Positions 1 to 11,780 of a DNA stretch of 64,000 nt are shown here, piece by piece. The DNA comes from Anthoceros angustus (taxonomy: Eukaryota; Plantae; Anthocerotophyta): NCBI GenBank assembly GCA_010909165.1, contig VJWM01000196.1, forward strand, positions 186,001 through 250,000. The letters run 5' to 3'. The notes under the pieces were generated by a model. That model was not told where the DNA came from. It searched no databases and was given only the letters and a program-made list of their open reading frames with translations. The translations under genes and the position numbers were made by a program. The first letter of the stretch is position 1. Every line of letters starts with the position of its first letter.

Positions 1-264
1 TTGCCACACCCGCTCTCACGCAAATGGTCAGGGAGCTCGACGGGCTCCAATGGAACACGCGGCAGAGGAATCAACGTACAAGAAAGTTCCAAGAAACAGA
101 GAACGTGATGGGCAAGGCACTGCACGCCCAGCCTCCCTCGTGTTCAAGCGTAGCACGTCACGCAAGTGAGAGAGAATCCGTCACCCGACTGGACGCCACG
201 TCCGCGCGAGGTGAAGGAAGTGCAAACAACAGTTCGTTACAACTTGTCATGACATCTGGCGGCA

Positions 265-1023
265 ATGGCGGCCCCTGTCGCGACACCTGCGGTGCCTCCA
301 ACCCCAACACCAGATCCGGCAGCTCCGGTGGCGCCCACACCGGCCCCAGCCTCAGCCTCAGCCTCAGCCTCAGCCCCAGCCCCAGCCCCAGCCCCAGCCC
401 AAGCCCCAGCCCCAGCCCCAGCCCCAGCCCCAGCGCCGCCACCCAAAGCAGCCCCGGTGGTGCCGCCAGTGGTGCCTCCAGAGGAACAGCTTACAGAAGA
501 CCAGATCGAGGAGTTCACCGAAGCATTTTGCCTATTTGACAAAGATGGCGATGGTAGATGTTCTTAGAGCTTGCTGCTTGCAAACAGAATTGCCCTCACC
601 AGGGAGTGGGAATTTCATGTGCATTTCTGGCATCCTTCCCGATTTGCAGGAAAGATTACAACGCTGGAGATGGGAACGGTGATGCGGTCCCTTGGACAGA
701 ATCCCACCAATGCGGAGCTTGCCGACATAATCGCTGACATAGATCCGGACAGCAACGGCACGGTTGAGTTTCCAGAATTTTTGAGATTGATGGGCAAGAA
801 AATGAAGGACAAGGATACGGAGGAGGAGCTCAAGGAGGCGTTCCGGGTGTTTGACAAAGAGCAGAATGGCTTCATTGCTGCTGCCGAATTGAGGCATGTT
901 ATGACCAGCTTGGGCGAAAGGCTCACTGAAGCCGAGGTTGATGACATGATCAAGGAGGCCGAGGTAGACGGAGATGGACTCATCAACTACGAGGACTTTG
1001 TCAAAGTTATGATGGCCAAGTGA
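265..1023 (+). CDS. Calmodulin-like protein (4 EF-hands) with ~73-aa Pro/Ala-rich N-terminal extension; join(265..553,650..1023)
   Basis: [25 protein letters not shown] is followed by a GT-AG intron (554-649) at the position conserved in plant calmodulins. The frame resumes [19 protein letters not shown] and ends [18 protein letters not shown]. Confidence 0.93.
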
Positions 1024-2150
1024 CGCCTAATTGGTTGGTTGCATATACCTATTGGAATCAAATCTCACTACCTAGTTTAAACAACAAAAAGGAAAGCCAA
1101 ATTGTTCCACGGTTCCACAAAAGCAAGGAAGGCGAGAGTAGCTCTCAAAATTACAGGGTAAATCATTTGTGTACATTCTTCACTTTGTTGCACCTAAAGT
1201 ACGCCCAGTTTGATAATAAATACACATAATTACTTATAATAAATAAAAATTAAAACTTATTTAGTTTTTATTTAATAGAGATTTTTACAACTTAGCTCTT
1301 TGCATCTTCTTCCTACATCGTATGGATTAACTTTCACTTTTTTTATCGATAATCTATCACCATATTTTTAGTTGAGATAAGATAATCTTTTAAAAGACTT
1401 TGATAGTGTTAATAATTCTAAGAAGCTATATTATTAGGCCAAACACCAGCAATCAACCCACCCAAATGAGTTTGACATAGTTATCATTAGAACATAGTTA
1501 CTCAATAGAAAAAAGAGAAGTTGCATGTAATTGCATAAAAACTTTACTTGCATATAAGCTCATTAAGAAAACCCCAATTTCTTACCAACTCTCATATATT
1601 TTAAAGTAGTAATAATAATATTTATCATCAAATTTTATAATTTAATTAATTTAATAACTTTTTAAATACCATTTCAATGAAACTCGTATATGTTTAAACT
1701 CAATTTTTAGCCCCTGCTTTTGTCTGCTCATTGATGGTTTTTTGAATTTATAAAGTTGAATTTTCGCTTTAAAAAAAAAAGAATGGAGGTCCATGCGCAT
1801 GAACAGGGAGGTGCGCATGCATCAGAAAGATCTCCTTTCAGGCTTTGTAGCCACTTGAGCTAGTACTAGCATGAAGTCGCGGATCGAACCTGCTGTCCCA
1901 AACTTGGCCTTGTGTTCCGAACAAATGGGATCCATTTTACCGGCATACTGCAGTAAGCCAGCCGCCCCCATTGACATCTGAGTCAGTGTGCGAGGACGTC
2001 ATATTGCCCGCCAGCCGATCGTTGTCGTCGTCTTCCTTCGAGGTGGGAATCTGGGATCTCCGCCGCCTTTCCCTTGGCCACATCCGGAAGCATCGGCCGC
2101 ATGGTTCTGACAGATACATATGCTCAGCGGCCATCCACTCCACGAGCATC

Positions 2151-3383
2151 ATGGCTGTACGAGGAGGGAGCCCAGGAATTCCACGATCTCTTCTCCAGCT
2201 GGCAGCTGTTGTCGTGATGGGATCCGTGCTCCTGCTGTGGGAGTCGATACAGGTGGTGGCGCAAGATTGCAGCGCCACAAAGCATTGTGCAAATTCACTG
2301 TGCTGCAGCCAGTATAATTACTGTGGCACCACTGCACCCTACTGCGGGGATGGGTGCTTGTCAGGCCCCTGCAGCTCTGGGTCGAAACCGACACCTGTTT
2401 CGGGATCGCCGCCTGCAGGCCCTGCATCAGATGGTTCTGGAGTCGGAAGAATCATCACGGCCAGCATTTTCCACCAGTTCTTCCTGCATACCGACGATGC
2501 TGCCTGCCCTGCTGCGGGGACCTACACCTACAGCGCTTTCCTTACTGCTGCAGCCTCCTTCCCTCAGTTCGGGAACGTAGGAGATACTGCGACGAGGAGG
2601 AAGGAACTTGCAGCGTTTCTCGCTCACTGCTCGCATGAGACTACTGGTAAGGACTCACACGCAATGATATATCCATGAACGCATTGTGAATCCCACCATA
2701 CCAGATATAACTGATGGCATCGTCTAATTGAGCTGTTCTAAAGGCGGATGGCCCACTGCCCCCGACGGACCATATGCCTGGGGTCTCTGTTTCAAGGAAG
2801 AGATCGGGTGCCCGGTCGACGGCTATTGCGATCCATCGTCTGAGTACCCGTGTGCCCCCGGGAAGAGCTACTGTGGCAGGGGCTCACTCCAACTCACCTG
2901 GTAAGCTATCAAACTTCCCTACGACCGCAACCCTGCGAGTCTGCTGTCACGGTGTGATAGTGGATTCACAATTCAACATTGATTTCGTTGGAAACCGGGT
3001 GTGTACTGTGCAGGAACTACAATTACGGACAAGCGGGAGACGCCCTGAATCTGCCTCTCTTAACTCACCCCGAGCTGGTGGAAAACGATCACATCCTTGT
3101 CTGGAAAACGGCCATCTGGTTCTGGATGACTGCGCAGGCGCCCAAGCCATCGGCACACGCTGTGATTACGGGACAGTGGAATCCCTCCCCCGCGGATAAG
3201 AGTGCCAATAGGCTGCCTGGATTTGGCGCTACCACCAACATCGTCAACGGTGGAATCGAGTGTGGACACGGAGGCGATCCCAGCGGCCAAAACCGCATCG
3301 GTTTCTTCCTTCGCTATACAGGCATCTTGGGCGTCTCGCCCGGCAGCAACCTTGACTGCGGAAACCAGCGCCCCTGGGGTTGA
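2151..3383 (+). CDS. Class I chitinase (GH19 + hevein/CBM18 domain), secreted; join(2151..2646,2744..2900,3014..3383)
   Basis: Signal peptide, hevein [19 protein letters not shown], Pro/Gly hinge, catalytic HETTGG and CFKEE, QLTWNYNYG, AIWFWM and [11 protein letters not shown]. Two GT-AG introns keep the frame. Confidence 0.95.
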
Positions 3384-3553
3384 TGAAAACAAAACTGGAG
3401 ATGTCGGCCAGCTTCGAATAAACCATTTCAGAGTACTGATAAACCAAATCGTGTACATTCAATAATTTTACTTGCAAAGTTTCAGTTATTAGCATTTTAA
3501 CAGAAAATGCTCCACCAAGTACGTAGACCAGGTGCATTATGTGTTTCGAGTGA

Positions 3554-5998
3554 CTACCCCAGTGTGGGCACGAGTGCTGGTGTCCTAGAGTGTACCCAGT
3601 AGCTCGCGAGTATAGAGTTATCTGATCACAAGGGGTCTTCGTAAGAAAACTCCCAACGTGACCAAACACAGAGTCAGCAACGGTCAAGGCCTTGAGCAAC
3701 TAACCTGAAACACCTGCAGCGCTAAGCAAGGCAAGACAGACTACCAGCTTCCCCCAAAGTTCCTGCAACTTTACAATCACTGCAATAGCTACAGGAAGTG
3801 TTTTCTGCAGAAGCACAACAGCGAAGGCAGTGTCACTAGAGATGACTGAAGATACTACAGCGGGCCCTCGCAAGGAAGTATAGGACATGTCCCTGACCTG
3901 GATTACCACAATTACTACTGCACGTTGAGCAGCAGTTACTTCATCTTCATCATTTGCTAAGCGTGACAATGGTGCAAGTAGCTGTGCCACGACTGTGTTG
4001 CACACCAGGTACAAGACATGTACAATTCTGCAGAGAATGGACACAAAAAACTCTTAATTTAGGGGTAAGTAACAGGGGAGGAGAACCTGACAAATATTCG
4101 ACGGGGAACACATGCTTACGTGCCCACAACAACTGCCGAGAGCAAGTTGGCTGATCAACAATTGCAGCAGCAGGGTGTTTGAACAGCTCACTTGCATCCA
4201 TGGCACCTGATAAGCACCGAAGTGAGGGAATGCACAACTTAAACAAGCAGACACTCTGCATAAACCATTCCAGGGCGCTCAAAGAAATGGCAGAAGAACC
4301 ACACCAGGGCTAGAAAGGAGCTGCTCAGCATGGAAAGCTGCTTCTTCCTTCCTAAACAAGCATTGTTTGATCCTGTAGAACATCTTTCTGGTACTGCATT
4401 TAAGGAATCTTTTGAAATTCTTGAGCATTTCCCACTTACTAAGAAGATTTCGACATATCTGACGAGATAGCAAAAAGACATGAAACAACAGATAATTCTA
4501 GTCAGTCCCTGAACAAGACAATTTCCCAACTGTACTGACAAGTCAAAAAAGCTTCACATTTCTATGACAATTATATGCTCCATCATCAAGATAAGTCGCA
4601 GAGGAAATGGAGGAACCTGTCCACACAGAAGCGGAGCCAATGTGGTCTCCACCAGACTTTTGAAGAGAGGCCCTGCAGGGACGGCAATACCACCCCCGCT
4701 GGCAAACAATTTGGACAAGACAAATGGCATCTGCATGTACACGCGGTTCAACTTTTCGACAACTTAAAGCTTGCCTGGAGCTTGTAATAACATAGAAAGA
4801 AGCTCACCGCTCACCGTTAAAATCCGAAGTATGTTTGAAGCAACTGTCAGTGCTAAAGCCAGCGCTGTATTTGCACCTGCAAGCTGTTCAACAATCACAA
4901 GTCCAACATGATGACCTCAGAACACATTCGGCAGTGCAGTTTTCATCTGTGCATCCGTTCATTGAACATACCTGTGTCAGAGAGACAGCCCTTGATAATG
5001 GTGTAGGAACACAAAAAAAGATAGCCAGGCCTGCAACGGCAGCCTCCGTCAATCAAGTTTGGGATACTTCACATGTGACAGAGCTGAACGAAACATAATC
5101 AATCCATGTTGGAACAAGCTCAATAAGATTTTGAAAAAAACGGTATCACCTGTGGCCAGTTCCTTAGGGGACAGTTGCAAGCGAAGGACAGGAATAGGTA
5201 AAAGTGGGGTAATAAGCAAAATCGACCCCTGCAAACAAAATCAGAGACATGAGCCCCACTACAGGCGCACGAACCAGTGCAGGTTTTTCCCAATTTTGGC
5301 CGTGACTAACCCATCGACATTCACGCAACATTGAGCTGCCGGGGATAGGAGAGAGCTTCCGCAGCAGACCAGTGCAAATGAAGCCACAGGCCAGGCCGGA
5401 GCTGTTTTCTTTGGCTGTCCACTTCGAAAATTCAAGCGTGCAGATGATCCGGTCAACCAAGCTTAAAAATTAGCATGAGTGACAAACAGAGCTCGGATCA
5501 AGCTCAAGATGAAAAGGGAAAAGCTAGGCGGAGCTTACCACAAACAAAGAAGATACCACACGTAGTCCATCTGGACAGCCCCAGCTGGTGTGCTACTTGC
5601 CCTGGTCCTGATGACGCCAGTCCCGTTTAGAACACCGGTACGAGCACTGCAAGACGGGAACGGGGACGTAAACAACTTTGCTACGGAGAAACAGAACCAC
5701 CTGGCACCGCATAGTCAAGTGCCTAGCGATGATGTTCTCTGGCCACCATAAATTGGCCAGAAAACATCATCCATTTCTACGCAATTCTACACAGCAAAGT
5801 AAGCCATACGTCTGGTTAAGAGAAAAGCGAAATTACTGAAAATCAGAACTGTGCCCACGTTCGGAGAAGAGCCCCCTTCAGACTGGGTGGACGCGGTACC
5901 TGTCTGGAAGATGAGCCCCCTGATGTGGAAATTTGGGCAAAAGATGGGAAACTGTTGCGGCCTGGTAGCACCGGGTACTGCCGTGATGCTACCGCCAT
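3554..5998 (-). pseudogene. BASS4: BASS4-like plastid sodium/metabolite cotransporter pseudogene (paralog of 8931-11603)
   Basis: Same exon series as the intact copy, but with a deletion and stop in exon 1, acceptor TGCAG>TGCAC near 5440, loss of the acceptor and 5' part of the NLGRWVDG exon near 4355, and frameshifts in the VPWMQ, KTLPV and last exons. Confidence 0.85.
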
Positions 5999-6449
5999 CG
6001 CTGATCATTCGCATGCTGAACTTCCGGCCCTAGAAAAGAAAGGTGGCAGGAAATCAGGGAGACGGGTAAACGAGTACGGACGTCCAACAGATTAAAAGGT
6101 TGTTTACAGTTCTGTTCTATAGGGTGCTGAAGGCCGCGGATGCCATTAGGTTCCCGGTAATTCTGCCGTCCGCGGCAAACGACTTGACCTGGATAAGTCT
6201 CGTGCTTCACGCGGTACGAAGTCCTAGCCTAGACTAGCAGTCCATGCCACCCTTTTTAAGCCGCTACAGTTGCGCCAACATCCAGTAGACTCGAGCTGTG
6301 GGCCTTTGGCAGTCCAAGCTGCTTTGCTCTCGAACAGTCGTGAACAACGTCACTGACAAGTTTCTTCTCATTCTTGACTGATTTCGGGCCAAGGCCATCT
6401 TGCCGGTAGCTGCCTGTGTTCGGAATCTGTCCGGAGAGGAGACTGTATC

Positions 6450-7673
6450 ATGGCCCGATCACGTCAAATTCTGGTTGTTGCTTTGGCAATCTATGCAATC
6501 TGCCTCAACGTGATGATTGCAACAGCACACGATAGTTCGAATTCGGGTTTGCGGGAAAGGTTCTACAAGCACAGTTGCCCACAGGCAGAATCCATAGTGT
6601 ACGATGCTGTGAAAAGCGCTCTCAACGAGAACCCAGGATTGGCGGGCGCCTTTTTACGGATGATGTTCCACGATTGCTTTATCCGGGTACAGCCACATGC
6701 AGATTATTCAAGGGCCAATCGAACACTTCAGTGTAGATAGTCTCTTCAATTCTGATGCATTTGGATTCAACGTGGTGCTGCAGGGATGTGATGCCTCTGT
6801 ACTGATCGATTCCACAGACAACAACCAGGCGGAGAAAGACGGACGGCCGAACCACGGCAGCCTCCGAGGGTTCGAAGTCCTGGACGAGGCCAAGTCCAAG
6901 ATCGAAGCCCAGTGCCCGCACACCGTCTCCTGCGCGGACATTGTTGTCTTCGCAGCACGGGACAGCGTCGCTCTCGTAAGCCTGAACAACCCATCTCACG
7001 CTTAAAAGTGACTGCTGTCGTGACGAGAAGTTGAAATGCTCACGTCTTCAAGACGTTTGTTGTGCTCTATCTCGAGACTGAATGACCGTGCATGTATTGC
7101 CGCCAATGGCTGCAGAATGGGGGCCCCTGGTACAGTGTTGCGGCTGGGAGAAGAGACGGTACAGTCTCCTTGGCGTCGGAAACCTCTTCTCTGCCCGGGC
7201 CAAGCCTGAACGCGGAGCAGCTCACAGAAAACTTCATCAATAAGGGGCTGAGCCAAGACGAAATGGTCACGCTCTCCGGAGCCCACACAATCGGGCAGGC
7301 ACGCTGCAGCGTGGTCCGGAGCTTCAGACTTTCACCGCTGGACGCGACCCTGGACCCGGGCTTCGCCGAGGATCTGCAGGCTCAATGTCCTGCATCCAGC
7401 ACGAACGGCAACTCTCGCATCTTCATGGACTCGGAATTGCCCAAGACTTTCGACAACGGCTACTACAAGGGCCTGGTAGCCGACAAGGGGCTCTTCCGTT
7501 CCGACCAAACGCTCTACGATGATTCCGCCACCCGCCATACCGTGGTGACCTACAGCCGCAATCCGCACTTGTTTGCATCCAAATTTGTGCAAGCCATTGG
7601 CAAGTTGGGAGCGATCGACGTCAAGACTGGCCATGCAGGAGAAATCCGCCGGAATTGTCATCGCATCAACTAG
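6450..7673 (+). CDS. Class III secretory peroxidase (copy A, intact); join(6450..6686,6784..6975,7116..7673)
   Basis: Signal peptide, FYKHSCP, distal [26 protein letters not shown], proximal GAHTIG, FDNGYY, GEIRRNC. Exon 2 is 192 nt, as is typical of the family, and the usual third intron is absent. Confidence 0.95.
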
Positions 7674-8009
7674 ACAACACACATGTTGCTGGGGGCCGGC
7701 AATCGGGCAGGCGGGAGATCCGCGTCGACTGCAGCTGTGGCCTTGAAGTGCGCCGGCGGTGCCGTTATTGCCCTGGTAGCATCGTCGAGAGATTTGGTTC
7801 CTCACTGTCGACCAGTGAAGAACCAAAAGTCTCTAAAAGATGGTAGAGTTAGGCCAGAATTTTGGCAGACACATTTTTTGAACGAATTTTCAGCATTTAG
7901 GTTTTAGAATGATTCATTGAAATACCTACCTACATAAAAGCCTAATGGCGAGGGGTACATTGCTCTGACCTTTTCAATGAAGTCTGAAACTAATTCCGTT
8001 CTCTATGCT

Positions 8010-8763
8010 GCCAGCACTGCCGTGGGGACCTACACGGTGCGGTTTCCTAACCCCTTCGCCAGCCTCCTGCCTCCAGTTTGGGAATACAGGAGATATTGCG
8101 ACGAGGAGGAGGGAATTGTAGCATTTGTTGTTCACTGCTCGCAAGAGACTAGGCACAGACTGCAACTACTGGTATGGACGCACAGACCATGATAATCCCA
8201 TGAACGCATTGTGAATCCTACCATACCAAATACCTATTATGAGGAGATTGGGTGCCCAGTCCACGGCTGTTGCGATCCATCTCCTGTGTGCACCCAGGAA
8301 GAGCTACTGTAGCAGGGGAGTGATCCAAATTCACGACCACCGCAAACTTTGCGAGTCTGCTGACACAGTGAGGACACACAATTCCACGGGTGTGCACTGC
8401 ACAGGAACTATAATTATGGACAACCGTGAGACGTTCTTAGTCTGCCACTCTTAAATTGACCCCAGCGGGTGAAAACGATAACGTTCTTGACTGGAGAAGG
8501 GCCATCTGGTTCTGGATGACTGCGCAGGCGCCCAAGCCATCGGCACACGCTGTGATTGTGGGACTGCGGAAGCCGGATGAGAGGGCCGACAGGCTGCCTG
8601 GATTTGGCGCCACCACCAATATCGTCAACGGCGGAATCGAGTGTGGACACGGAGGCGATCCCAGCGAGGCCAAAACCGCATCCGTGTCTTCTTGCTACAC
8701 AAGCATCTTGGACGTCTGACCCGGCAGCAACCTTGACTGCGGAAACCAGCATCCCTGGGTTAG
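8010..8763 (+). pseudogene. 5'-truncated, decayed class I chitinase copy
   Basis: Colinear with ~2497-3383 ([43 protein letters not shown]). It lacks the signal and hevein parts and has stops, deletions and frameshifts. Confidence 0.88.
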
Positions 8764-8930
8764 TGACAACAAACTGAAGATGATGGTCAGCTTACAGTAA
8801 ACCATTTCAGAGACCTGATCAACCAAATCGTGTACATCCAATAACTTGACTTGCAGCAAAGTTTCAGTTGACAGCGTCATAACAGAAAAGGCTCTACCAT
8901 GTACGTACTCCACATATGCATTTCGAGTGA

Positions 8931-11603
8931 CTACTCCAGTCCGGAAACGGGTGCTGGTGTCTTAGAGTTTACCCAGTAGCTCACGAGGAACGAGTCCACC
9001 GTTATCTGATCAAACAAGAGTTTTTCGTAAGAGAACTCCCAACGTGAACGACACAGAGTCAGCAACGGTCAAGGCCTTGGGCAACTAACCTGAATCACGT
9101 GCAGCGCTATACAAGGTAAGGCGAGAATACCAGCTGCCCCCAAAGTACCTCCAAGTTTCCCAATCACTGCAATGGCTACAGGAAGAGTTTTCTGTAGCAG
9201 CACCACAGCGCGAGCAGCGTCACTTGAGATGACTCAAGATACTATAGCGAGCCCTAGCAAGGAAGTACAGGACATGTCCCTGACCTGGCTTGCCACAAGT
9301 ACTACTGCACGTTGAGCAGCAGTTACTTCATCGTTTGCTAAGCCTGACAATGGTGCAAGTAGCTGTGCCACGACTGTGTTGCACACCAGGTACACGACAT
9401 GGACGATTCTGCAGAGAATGGACACAAAAAACTCTTAATTTAGGGGTAAGTAACAGGGGAGAAGAACCTGACAAATGTTCGACGGGCAACACAAAGCTTA
9501 CGTGCCCACAACCACTGCCGAGAGCAAGTTGAGCGGATCAATTTGCAGCAGCAGGGTGTTTGAACAGCTCACTTGCATCCATGGCACCTGATATGCACCG
9601 AAGTGAGGGTATGCACACAAGCAGACACCCTGGATAAAACATTCCAGGGCGACTCAAGGAAATGGCAGGAGAACCACACCAGGGCTAGAAAGGAGCTGCT
9701 CAGCATGGAAAGCTGCTTCTTCCTTCCGTCTACCCACCTACCAAGATCTGACAGGACAAAAAAAACATGAATTGTTTGAACCTGTAGAGAGACTTTCAGC
9801 TACTGCATCTAAGCAACCTTTTGACATCCTTGAGAATTCACCACTTACTAAGAACATTCCGACAGATCTGATGAGGTAGCAAAAGCACATGAAACAACAG
9901 ATAATTCTAGTCAGTCCCTGAACAAAACTACCTCCCGACCGTGCTGACAGGTCAAAACAGCTTCAAGTGTCCATGACAATTATATGCTCCATCATCAAGC
10001 TAAGACACAGCGGAAATGGAGGAGGAACCTTTCCAATCAGAAGCGGAACCAATATGGTTTGCACCAGACTTTGGAAGAGAGGCCCAGCAGGGACGGCAGT
10101 ACCACCCCCGCTGGCAAACAATTTGGACAAGACAACAGGCATCTGCATGTACAAGGGGATCAGCTTGTCACCAACTTCAAACTTTCCTGGAGCGAGGAGG
10201 CTGTGATCACATAGGAGGGATGAAGCTAACCGTTAAGATTCCAAGTATGTTCGAAGCCACAGTCAGTGCTAAAGCCAGCGCTGTGTTTGCACCTGCAAGC
10301 TGTTCAACAATCACCAATCCAACATGATGACTTCAGAACATATTGCGACAGTACGGTTTTTATCTGTGCATCCGTTCATTGCACATACCTGTGTCAGGGA
10401 GACAGCACTTGACAATGTTGTAGGCACACAAAAAAAGATAGCCAGGCCTGCAACGGCAGCCTCCGTCAATCAAGTTTGGGATACTTCACACGTGACAGAG
10501 CTGAACGAAACATAACCAATCAATGTTGGAACAAGCACAAGAAGATTTTCAAAAAAAACGATATTCACCTGTGGACAGCTCCTTAGGGGATAGTTGCAAG
10601 CGAAGGACAGGAATAGCCGCCAGTGGGGTAATCAGCAAAATTGACATCTGAAAACAAAAACCAAGACATTAGTCCCACTACAGGCGCGCGAACCATTGCA
10701 GGTTTTTCCCAATTTTGACCATGACTAACCTATCGAACATTCAGGAAACATTGAGCTGTCGGGAATGTGAGAGAGCTTCCGCAGCAGACCAGTGCAAATA
10801 AAGCCACAGGCCAGGCCTGAGCTGCTTGTTTTAGCTCTCCACTTCGCAAATTTAAGCCTGCAGGTTATCCAGTCACCCAAGCTTAATAATTAGCATGAGT
10901 AGAAGACAGCGATCGGATCAAGATAAAGATGAAAAGGCAAAGCTAGCCAGAGCTTACCAGAAACAAAGAAGATGCCACATGTTGTCCATCTGGACAGCCC
11001 CAACTGGTGAGCTACTTGCCCTGGCCCGGGTGACGCCAGTCCCGCTAGAACACCGGCCACGAGCACTGCAAGACGGGAACGGGGGCTTGAGCAGCCTTGC
11101 TGCGGAGGAACAGAACCACCTAGAACCGCATAGATAAGTACCTAGAGGTAGATAGTTGGTCACCACAAACTGGCTCGCCGCCGCAAAAGTAGTGCTGGGA
11201 ACAATCGAAATGCGCCCGTAGAGTCCAGAACCAACCTGAAGTAGACCAACCCCAGAAAACATCAACCATTGCTACACAGCAAAGTAAGCTATGCGTTCTA
11301 ATTACAGAAATGCGAAATTACCTGAAAATCAGAACTGTGCCGAGGTTCAGAGCCAGAAGAGCTGGATCCTGCAGAAGCAAACACAGCTGCAAATCGCGGA
11401 GGAGATGTCCGAAGGTGCTTGCAGAGGAGGGGATCACCCACATCTGAACAAAGCTGGATACAGATTCCCAGAGCCCCATTAAGACTGGTGATGGGTGCAC
11501 GCACTACCCATCTGTGAGAGCTCCCTGTGGTGGAAATGTCGGCAAAAAATGGGAAATTGTTGCGGCCTGGTAGCATCAAGTGCTGACGTGATGCGACCGC
11601 CAT
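8931..11603 (-). CDS. BASS4: BASS4-like chloroplast bile acid:sodium symporter-family transporter, 14 exons, apparently intact
   Basis: Hand-spliced phase-compatible exons: MAVASRQ..SSDFQ / VGSG..FVVTNYLPL / LVAGVLAG..CGIFFVSG / LNLRSGE..AWPVALFAL / MSILLITP..KELSTG / LAIFFCVPTTLSSAVSLTQ / LAGANTALALALTVASNILGILT / MPVV..PLLIGK / ICRNVL / NLGRWVDG..FLAL / VPWMQVS / IVHVV..AVVLVASQ / KTLPVAIAVIGKLGG..LPCIALHVIQ / ITVDSFLVSYW..*. These match the BASS4 motifs as recalled (PTTLSS, SQKTLP, VPWIQVS). Confidence 0.88.
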
Positions 11604-11780
11604 CGCTGATCATTCGGATACTGAACTTTCTTGCCCTACAAGTCGCAGCTGGCAGGAAATCAGGGGTTAAACGAGTACGGACGTTCAGCAGGGCCTGTCG
11701 TTCAACAGGGTCTGTCGTTCTTGACGGTTCGTTGTAACAGGTTCCAGGTTCCAAGTTCTTTTAGTTATTCACAATTGGGA

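Noticed and set aside
24-542. ORFs 24..539 (+), 158..442 (-) and 237..542 (-) with SP, LG and AG repeats
   Set aside because: These are alternative-frame readings of the cagccc repeat that encodes the calmodulin Pro/Ala arm.
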